The notes under the pieces were generated by a model. That model did no database searches and had not been told where the DNA came from. It was given only the letters and a program-made list of their open reading frames with translations. From positions 15,686,001 to 15,750,000 of the forward strand of contig OZ024742.1 in assembly GCA_964016885.1 (NCBI GenBank): a DNA stretch of 64,000 nt, read 5' to 3'. The stretch's first letter is position 1. The number at the start of each line of letters is the position of its first letter. The position numbers were made by a program, and so were the translations under genes. Shown here one piece after another: positions 54,601 to 64,000 of the stretch. The stretch is from Eledone cirrhosa (taxonomy: Eukaryota).

Positions 54601-57450
54601 TTAAAGAACCACAGAGTAAAGTGTGATTATTAAAGAACCTCAGAGTAAAGTGTGATTATTAAAGAACCTCAGAGGAAAAGTGTGATTATTAAAGAACCTC
54701 AGAGTAAAGTGTGATTATTAAAGAACCCCAGAGTAAAGTGTGATTATTAAGGAACCTCAGAGTAAAGTGTGATTATTAAAGAACCTAAGAGTAAAGTATG
54801 ATTATTAAAGAACCACAGAGAAATGTGTGATTATTAAAGAACCACAGAGAAAAGTGTGATTATTAAAGAACCACAGAGAAATGTGTGATTATTAAAGAAC
54901 CTCAGAGAAAAGTGTGATTATTAAAGAACCACAGAGTAAAGTATGATTATTAAAGAACCACAGAGAAATGTGTGATTATTAAAGAACCACAGAGAAAAGT
55001 GTGATTATTAAAGAACCACAGAGTAAAGTGTGATTATTAAAGAACCTCAGAGAAAAGTGTAATTATAAAAGAACCTCAGTGTCATGTGTGATTATTAAAG
55101 AACCACAGAGTAAAGTGTGATTATTAAAGAACCTCAGAGAAAAGTGTGATTATTAAAGAACCAAAGATTAAAGTGTGATTATTAAAGAACCACAGAGCAA
55201 AGTGTGATTATTAAAGAACCTCAGAGTAATGTGTGATTATTAACGAACCTCAGAGTAAAGTGTGATTATTAAAGAACCACAGAGTAAAGTGTGATTATTA
55301 AAGAACCACAGAGTAAAGTGTGATTATTAAAGAACCACAGAGTAAAGTGTGATTATTAAAGAACCACAGAGTAAAGTGTGATTATTAAAGAACCTCAGAG
55401 GAAAAGTGTGATTATTAAAGAACCTCAGAGTAAAGTGTGATTATTAAAGAACCCCAGAGTAAAGTGTCATTATTAAGGAACCTCAGAGTAAAGTGTGATT
55501 ATTAAAGAACCACAGAGTAAAGTGTGATTATTAAAGAACCACAGAGTAAAGTGTGATTATTAAAGAACCACAGAGTAAAGTGTGATTATTAAAGAACCTC
55601 AGAGTAAAGTGTGATTATTAAAGAACCACAGAGTAAAGTGTTATTATTAAAGAACCACAGAGTAAAGTGTGATTATTAAAGAACCTCAGAGTAAAGTGTG
55701 ATTATTAAAGAACCACAGAGTAAAGTGTGATTATTAAAGAACCACAGAGTAAAGTGTGATTATTAAAGTACCACAGAGTACAGTGTAATTATTAAAGAAC
55801 CTCAGTGTCATGTGTGATTATTAAAGAACCTCAGAGTAAAGTGTGATTATTAAAGAACCACAGAGTAAAGTGTTATTATTAAAGAACCACAGAGAAATGT
55901 GAGATTATTAAAGACCCACAGAGTAAAGGGTGATTATTAAAGAACCTCAGAGCAAAGTGTGATTATTAAAGAACCTCAGAGTAAAGTGTGATTATTAAAG
56001 AACCTCAGAGTAATGTGTGATTATTAAAGAACCACCGAGTAGAGTGTGATTATTAAAGAACCTCAGAGTAAAGTGTTGATTATTAAAGAACCTCAGAGTA
56101 AAGTGTGATTATTAAAGAACCTCAGAGTAAAGTGTGACTATTAAAGAACCACAGAGTAAAGTGTGATTATTAAAGAACCTCAGAGTAAAGTGTGATTATT
56201 AAAGAACCTCAGAGGAAAAGTGTGATTATTAAAGAACCTCAGAGTAAAGTGTGATTATTAAAGAACCCCAGAGTAAAGTGTGATTATTAAGGAACCTCAG
56301 AGTAAAGTGTGATTATTAAAGAACCTCAGAGTAAAGTATGATTATTAAAGAACCACAGAGAAATGTGTGATTATTAAAGAACCACAGAGAAAAGTGTGAT
56401 TATTAAAGAACCACAGAGAAATGTGTGATTATTAAAGAACCTCAGAGAAAAGTGTGATTATTAAAGAACCACAGAGTAAAGTATGATTATTAAAGAACCA
56501 CAGAGAAATGTGTGATTATTAAAGAACCACAGAGAAAAGTGTGATTATTAAAGAACCACAGAGTAAATTGTGATTATTAAAGAACCTCAGAGAAAAGTGT
56601 AATTATAAAAGAACCTCAGTGTCATGTGTGATTATTAAAGAACCACAGAGTAAAGTGTGATTATTAAAGAACCTCAGAGAAAAGTGTGATTATTAAAGAA
56701 CCAAAGATTAAAGTGTGATTATTAAAGAACCACAGAGTACAGTGTGATTATTAAAGAACCTCAGAGTAAAGTGTGATTATTAAAGAACCTCAGAGTAAAT
56801 TGTGATTATTAAAGAACCACAGAGAAAAGTGTGATTATTAAATAACCTCAGAGAAAAGTGTGATTATTAAAGAACCTCAGAGAAAAGTGTGATTATTAAA
56901 GAACCTCAGAGTAAAGTGTTATTATTAAAGAACCTCAGAAAAAACTGTGATTATTAAAGAACCTCAGAGTAAAGTGTGATTATTAAAGAACCTCAGAGTA
57001 AAGTGTGATTTTTAAAGAATCTCAGAGTAAAGTGTGATTATTAAACAACCACAGAGAAAAGTGTGATTTTTAAAGAACCTCAGAGTAAAGTGTGATTGTT
57101 AAAGAATCTCAGAGTAAAGTGTGATTATTAAAGAACCTCAGAGAAAAGTGTAATTATTAAAGAACCTCAGTGTCATGTGTGATTATTAAAGAACCACAGA
57201 GTAAAGTGTGATTATTAAAGAACCTCAGAGTAAAGTGTGATTATTAAAGAACCACGGAGTAAAGTGTTATTATTAAAGAACCACAGAGAAATGTGAGATT
57301 ATTAAAGACCCACAGAGTAAAGGGTGATTATTAAAGAACCTCAGAGCAAAGTGTGATTATTAAAGAACCTCAGAGTAATGTGTGATTATTAACGAACCTC
57401 AGAGTAAAGTGTGATTATTAAAGAACCACAGAGTAAAGTGTGATTATTAA
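51690..57450. repeat. Three related blocks, offsets 2149 bp (74 monomers +3) and 1540 bp (53 monomers +3)
   Basis: ACCGAGTAGAG occurs at 52345, 54494 and 56034. CCACGGAGTAAAGTGTTATT occurs at 53563 and 57252 (offset 3689 = 2149+1540). Confidence 0.85.
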
Positions 57451-58729
57451 AGAACCTCAGAGTAAAGTGTTGATTATTAAAGAACCTCAGAGTAAAGTGT
57501 GACTATTAGAGAACCTCAGAGTAAAGTGTGATTATTAAAGAACCACAGAGTAAAGTGTGATTATTAAAGAACCACAGAGAAATGTGTGATTTTTAAAGAA
57601 CCACAGAGTAAAGAGAGATTATTAAAGAACCTCAGAGTAAAGTGTGATTATTAAAGAACCTCAGAGTAAAGTGTGATTATTAAAGAACCAGTGTCATGTG
57701 CGATTATTAAAGAACCACAGAGTAAAGTGTGATTATTAAAGAACCTCAGAGTAAAGTGTGATTATTAAAGAACCTCAGAGTAAAGTGTGATTAGTAAAGA
57801 ACCTCAGAGTTAAGTGTGATTATTAAAGAAACTCAGGGTAAAGTGTGATTATTAAAGAACCTCAGAGGAAAAGTGTGATTATTAAAGAACCTCAGAGTAA
57901 AGTGTGATTATTAAAGAACCCCAGAGTAAAGTGTCATTATTAAGGAACCTCAGAGTAAAGTGTGATTATTAAAGAACCACAGAGTAAAGTGTGATTATTA
58001 AAGAACCACAGAGAAATGTGTGATTATTAAAGAACCACAGAGTAAAGTGTGATTATTAAAGAACCTCAGAGTTAAGTGTGATTATTAAAGAACCTCAGAG
58101 TAAAGTGTGATTATTAAAGAACCATAGAGTACAGTGTGATTATTAAAGAACCTCAGAGTAAAGTGTGATTATTAAAGAACCTCAGAGTTAAGTGTGATTA
58201 TTACAGAACCTCAGAGTAAAGTGTGATTATTAAAGAACCATAGAGTACAGTGTGATTATTAAAGAACCTCAGAGTAAAGAGTGATTATTAAAGAACCTCA
58301 GAGTAAAGTGTGATTATTAAAGAACCTCAGAGAAAAGTGTGATTATTAAAGAACTTCAGAAAAATGTGTGATTATTAACGAACCTCAGAGTAAAGTGTGA
58401 TTATTAAAGAACCTCAGAGTACAGTGTGATTATTAAAGAACTTCAGAGAAAAGTGTGATTATTAAAGAACTTCAGAGAAAAGTGTGATTATTAAAGAACC
58501 TCAGAGTTAAGTGTGATTATTAAAAAACCTCAGAGAAAAGTGTGATTATTAAAGAACCTCAGAGTAAAGTGTGATTATTAAAGAACCTCAGAGTAAAGTG
58601 TGATTATTAAAGAACCACAGAGAAATGTGTGATTATTAAAGAACCACAGAGTAAAGTGTGATTATTAAAGAACCTCAGAGTAAAGTGTGATTATTAAAGA
58701 ACCTCAGAGTAAAGTGTTATAATTAAAGT

Positions 58730-61700
58730 ACCACAGAGTACAGTGTGATTATTAAAGAACCTCAGAGCAAAGTGTGATTATTAAAGAACCTCAGTGTCAT
58801 GTGTGATTATTAAAGAACCACAGAGTAAAGTGTGATTATTAAAGAACCTCAGAGCAAAGTGTGATTATTAAAGAACCTCAGTGTCATGTGTGATTATTAA
58901 AGAACCACAGAGTAAAGTGTGATTATTAAAGAACCTCAGAGTAAAGTGTGATTATTAAAGAATCTCAGAGTAAAGTGTGATTATTAAAGAACCTCAGACT
59001 AAAGTGTGATTATTAAAGAACCTCAGAGCAAAGTGTGATTATTAAAGAACCTCAGAGTAAAGTGTGATTATTAAAGAACCTCAGACTAAAGTGTGATTAT
59101 TAAAGAACCTCAGAGCAAAGTGTGATTATTAAAGAACCTCAGAGTAAAGTGTGATTATTAAAGAACCACAGAGAAATGTGTGATTATTAACGAACCACAG
59201 AGTAAAGTGTGATTATTAAAGAACCTAAGAGTAAAGTGTGATTATTAAAGAACCACAGAGAAAAGTGTGATTATTAAAGAACCACAGAGTAAAGTGTGAT
59301 TAATAAAGAACCACAGAGAAAACTTTATTTATTTAAGAACTACAGAATAATGTGTGATTATTAAAGAACCTCAGAGTAAAGTGTGATTATTAAAGAACCT
59401 CAGTGTCATGTGTGATTATTAAAGAACCACAGAGCAAAGTTTGATTATTAAAGAACCTCAGAGTAAAGTGTGATTATTAAAGGACCACAGAGTAAAGTGC
59501 GATTATTAAAGAACCTCAGAGCAAAGTGTGATTATTAAAGAACCTCAGAGTTAAGTGTGATCATTAAAGAACCTCATAGTTAAGTGTGATTATTAAAGAA
59601 CCTCAGAGTAAAGTGTGATTATTAAAGAACCTCAGAGTTAAGTGTGATCATTAAAGAACCTCAGAGTTAAGTGTGATTATTAAAGGACCACAGAGTAAAG
59701 TGTGATTGTTAAAGAACCTCAGAGTAAAGTGTGATTATTAAATAACCACAGAGTAAAGTGTTATTATTAAAGAACCATAGAGAAATGTGAGATTATTAAA
59801 GAACCTCATAGTAAAGTGTGATTATTAAAGAACCTCAGAGTAAAGTGTGATTATTAAAGAACCTCAGAGTAAAGTGTGATCATTAAAGAACCACAGAGTA
59901 AAGTGTGATTATTAAAGAACCTCAGAGTAATGTGTGATTATTAAAGAACCATACATAAATGTGAGATTACTAAAGAACCACAGAGTAAAGTGTGATTATT
60001 AAAGAACCTCAGAGTAAAGTGTGATTTTTAAAGAATCTCAGAGTAAAGTGTGATTATTAAACAACCACAGAGAAAAGTGTGATTATTAAAGAACCTCAGA
60101 GTAAAGTGTGATTGTTAAAGAATCTCAGAGTAAAATGTGATTATTAAACAACCACAGAGAAAGGTGTGATTATTAAAGAACCTCAGAGCAAAGTGTGATT
60201 ATTAAAGAACCTCAGAGTAAAGTGTGATTATTAAAGAACCTCAGAGTAAAGTGTGATTGTTAAAGAATCTCAGAGTAAAGGGTGATTATTAAAGAACCAC
60301 AGAGTAAAGTGTGATTATTAAAGAACCTCAGAGCAAAGTGTGATTATTAAAGAACCTCAGAGTAAAGTGTGATTATTAAAGAACCTCAGAGTAAAGTGTG
60401 ATTATTAAAGAACCTCAGAGTAAAGTGTGATTATTAAAGAACCTCAGAGTAAAGTGTGATTAATAAAGAAACACAGAGAAATGTGTGATTATTAACGAAC
60501 CACAGAGTAAAGTGTGATTATTAAAGAACCACAGAGTAAAGTGTGATTATTAAAGAACCTCAGAGTAAAGTGTGATTATTAAAGAACCTCAGAGTAAAGT
60601 GTGATTATTAAAGAACCACAGAGTAAAGTGTGATTATTAAAGAACCTCAGAGTAAAGTGTGATTATTAAAGAACCATACATAAATGTGAGATTACTAAAG
60701 AACCACAGAGTAAAGTGTGATTATTAAAGAACCTCAGAGTAAAGTGTGATTATTAAAGAACCTCAGAGGAAAAGTGTGATTATTAAAGAACCTCAGAGTA
60801 AAGTGTGATTATTAAAGAACCCCAGAGTAAAGTGTGATTATTAAAGAACCACAGAGTAAAGTGTGATTATTAAAGAACCTCAGAGTAAAGTGTGATTATT
60901 AAAGAACCACAGAGTAAAGTGTGATTATTAAAGAACCACAGAGTAAAGTGTGATTATTAAAGAACCACAGAGTAAAGTGTAATTATTAAAGTACCACAGA
61001 GTACAGTGTAATTATTAAAGAATCTCAGTGTCATGTGTGATTATTAAAGAACCTCAGAGTAAAGTGTGATTATTAAAGAACCACAGAGTAAAGTGTTATT
61101 ATTAAAGAACCACAGAGAAATGTGAGATTATTAAAGAACCTCAGAGTAAAGTGTGATTATTAAAGAACCTCAGAGTAAAGTGTGACTATTAAAGAACCAC
61201 AGAGTAAAGTGTGATTATTAAAGAACCTCAGAGTAAAGTGTGATTATTAAAGAACCTCAGAGGAAAAGTGTGATTATTAAAGAACCTCAGAGTAAAGTGT
61301 TATTATTAAAGAACCCCAGAGTAAAGTGTGATTATTAAGGAACCTCAGAGTAAAGTGTGATTATTAAAGAACCTCAGAGTAAAGTATGATTATTAAAGAA
61401 CCACAGAGAAATGTGTGATTATTAAAGAACCACAGAGAAAAGTGTGATTATTAAAGAACCACAGAGAAATGTGTGATTATTAAAGAACCTCAGAGAAAAG
61501 TGTGATTATTAAAGAACCACAGAGTAAAGTATGATTATTAAAGAACCACAGAGAAATGTGTGATTATTAAAGAACCACAGAGAAAAGTGTGATTATTAAA
61601 GAACCACAGAGTAAAGTGTGATTATTAAAGAACCTCAGAGAAAAGTGTAATTATTAAAGAACCTCAGTGTCATGTGTGATTATTAAAGAACCACAGAGTA

Positions 61701-63090
61701 AAGTGTGATTATTAAAGAACCTCAGAGAAAAGTGTGATTATTAAAGAACCAAAGAGTAAAGTGTGATTATTAAAGAACCACAGAGTACAGTGTGATTATT
61801 AAAGAACCTCAGAGTAAAGTGTGATTATTAAAGAACCTCAGAGTAAATTGTGATTATTAAAGAACCACAGAGAAAAGTGTGATTATTAAAGAACCTCAGA
61901 GAAAAGTGTGATTATTAAAGAACCTCAGAGAAAAGTGTGATTATTAAAGAACCTCAGAGTAAAGTGTGATTATTAAAGAACCTCAGAGTAAAGTGTGATT
62001 TTTAAAGAATCTCAGAGTAAAGTGTGATTATTAAACAACCACAGAGAAAAGTGTGATTTTTAAAGAACCTCAGAGTAAAGTGTGATTGTTAAAGAATCTC
62101 AGAGTAAAGGGTGATTATTAAAGAACCACAGAGTAAAGTGTGATTATTAAAGAACCTCAGAGCAAAGTGTGATTATTAAAGAACCTCAGAGTAAAGTGTG
62201 ATTATTAAAGAATCTCAGAGTAAAGTGTGATTATTAAAGAACCTCAGAGTAAAGTGTGATTATTAAATAACCACAGAGTAAAGTGTGATTAATAAAGAAA
62301 CACAGAGAAATGTGTGATTATTAACGAACCACAGAGTAAAGTGTGATTATTAAAGAACCACAGAGAAATGTGTGATTATTAAAGAACCTCAGAGTAAAGT
62401 GTGATTATTAAAGAACCTCAGAGTAAAGTGTGATTATTAAAGAACCTCAGAGTAAAGTGTGATTATTAAAGAACCACAGAGTAAAGTGTGATTATTAAAG
62501 AACCTCAGAGTAAAGTGTGATTATTAAAGAACCATACATAAATGTGAGATTACTAAAGAACCACAGAGTAAAGTGTGATTATTAAAGAACCTCAGAGTAA
62601 AGTGTGATTATTAAAGAACCTCAGAGGAAAAGTGTGATTATTAAAGAACCTCAGAGTAAAGTGTGATTATTAAAGAACCCCAGAGCAAAGTGTGATTATT
62701 AAAGAACCACAGAGTAAAGTGTGATTATTAAAGAACCTCAGAGTAAAGTGTGATTATTAAAGAACCACAGAGTAAAGTGTGATTATTAAAGAACCACAGA
62801 GTAAAGTGTGATTATTAAAGAACCACAGAGTAAAGTGTAATTATTAAAGTACCACAGAGTACAGTGTAATTATTAAAGAATCTCAGTGTCATGTGTGATT
62901 ATTAAAGAACCTCAGAGTAAAGTGTGATTATTAAAGAACCACAGAGTAAAGTGTTATTATTAAAGAACCACAGAGAAATGTGAGATTATTAAAGAACCTC
63001 AGAGTAAAGTGTGATTATTAAAGAACCTCAGAGTAAAGTGTGACTATTAAAGAACCACAGAGTAAAGTGTGATTATTAAAGAACCACAGA
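58730..63090. repeat. Dispersed third, partial copy of the 7285-bp unit (offset 12512 bp from the second copy)
   Basis: GAAAACTTTATTT occurs at 59318 vs 46806, and GAAACACAG at 60468 vs 47956. Confidence 0.85.
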
Positions 63091-64000
63091 GTAAAGTGTG
63101 ATTATTAAAGAACCTCAGAGTAAAGTGTGATTATTAAAGAACCACGGAGTAAAGTGTTATTATTAAAGAACCACAGAGAAATGTGAGATTATTAAAGACC
63201 CACAGAGTAAAGGGTGATTATTAAAGAACCTCAGAGCAAAGTGTGATTATTAAAGAACCTCAGAGTAATGTGTGATTATTAACGAACCTCAGAGTAAAGT
63301 GTGATTATTAAAGAACCACAGAGTAAAGTGTGATTATTAAAGAACCACAGAGTAAAGTGTGATTATTAAAGAACCACAGAGTAAAGTGTGATTATTAAAG
63401 AACCACAGAGTAAAGTGTGATTATTAAAGAACCTCAGAGGAAAAGTGTGATTATTAAAGAACCTCAGAGTAAAGTGTGATTATTAAAGAACCCCAGAGTA
63501 AAGTGTCATTATTAAGGAACCTCAGAGTAAAGTGTGATTATTAAAGAACCACAGAGTAAAGTGTGATTATTAAAGAACCACAGAGTAAAGTGTGATTATT
63601 AAAGAACCACAGAGTAAAGTGTGATTATTAAAGAACCTCAGAGTAAAGTGTGATTATTAAAGAACCACAGAGTAAAGTGTTATTATTAAAGAACCACAGA
63701 GTAAAGTGTGATTATTAAAGAACCTCAGAGTAAAGTGTGATTATTAAAGAACCACAGAGTAAAGTGTGATTATTAAAGAACCACAGAGTAAAGTGTGATT
63801 ATTAAAGTACCACAGAGTACAGTGTAATTATTAAAGAACCTCAGTGTCATGTGTGATTATTAAAGAACCTCAGAGTAAAGTGTGATTATTAAAGAACCAC
63901 AGAGTAAAGTGTTATTATTAAAGAACCACAGAGAAATGTGAGATTATTAAAGACCCTCAGAGTAAAGGGTGATTATTAAAGAACCTCAGAGCAAAGTGTG

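Larger units (their letters stand above)
1..64000. repeat. 29-bp tandem satellite array, consensus CC(A/T)CAGAGTAAAGTGTGATTATTAAAGAA, about 2,200 head-to-tail monomers, open at both window ends
   Basis: The motif recurs every 29 bp (starts at 1, 30, 59, 88 ... last start 63984). Most monomers differ from consensus at 0-3 positions. There is no interruption or inversion. Main polymorphisms are position 3 A/T (CCACAG vs CCTCAG) and GTAAAG/GAAATG/GAAAAG. Confidence 0.99.

Noticed and set aside
1-64000. CRISPR array (29-bp repeat length)
   Set aside because: The repeats are directly adjacent, with no unique spacers, leader or cas genes.
1-64000. Repetitive protein-coding ORF
   Set aside because: On the + strand the consensus has TAA at 9, TGA at 16 and TAA at 23, closing all three frames in each monomer. 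On the - strand TAATAA shifts frame with each 29-bp unit, so consensus-like stretches stay open for less than about 90 bp.
1-64000. Telomerase-synthesised long telomeric repeat
   Set aside because: There is no G-run-rich strand and no chromosome end in view. Variants are inherited in kb-scale blocks, which indicates recombinational copying rather than templated addition.
1-64000. Information-bearing code or programmed diversification in the variant order
   Set aside because: Point mutation plus in-register block duplication is enough to explain the variant patterns, and no associated machinery is present.
1-64000. Rolling-circle or sequencing concatemer artefact
   Set aside because: Rare variants recur in exact order at many different offsets and form regional sub-families, which random errors would not produce. 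Individual near-identical duplications could still be misassembled.

Overview
The whole 64-kb window is one uninterrupted, single-orientation tandem array of a 29-bp AT-rich monomer, consensus CC(A/T)CAGAGTAAAGTGTGATTATTAAAGAA (about 31% GC, about 2,200 copies), and it runs off both ends. I found no unique DNA, ORF, RNA gene, transposon or CRISPR spacer. The sequence looks like eukaryotic satellite/heterochromatic DNA, but I cannot assign an organism or a named family. The information lies in the order of variant monomers. Rare variants show nested, kb-scale block duplications whose offsets are near-exact multiples of 29 (900, 1336, 1363, 1856, 2149, 2348, 2784, 3135 and 7285 bp). They also show long-range block re-use (about 12.5 and 17.3 kb), a switch of variant repertoire near 26-28 kb, and a landmark dimer spread across the array. 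I see no support for a new protein-coding or RNA system. The candidate novelty is the satellite itself and its irregular higher-order architecture. Offsets were measured by eye from marker monomers, so block boundaries are approximate.
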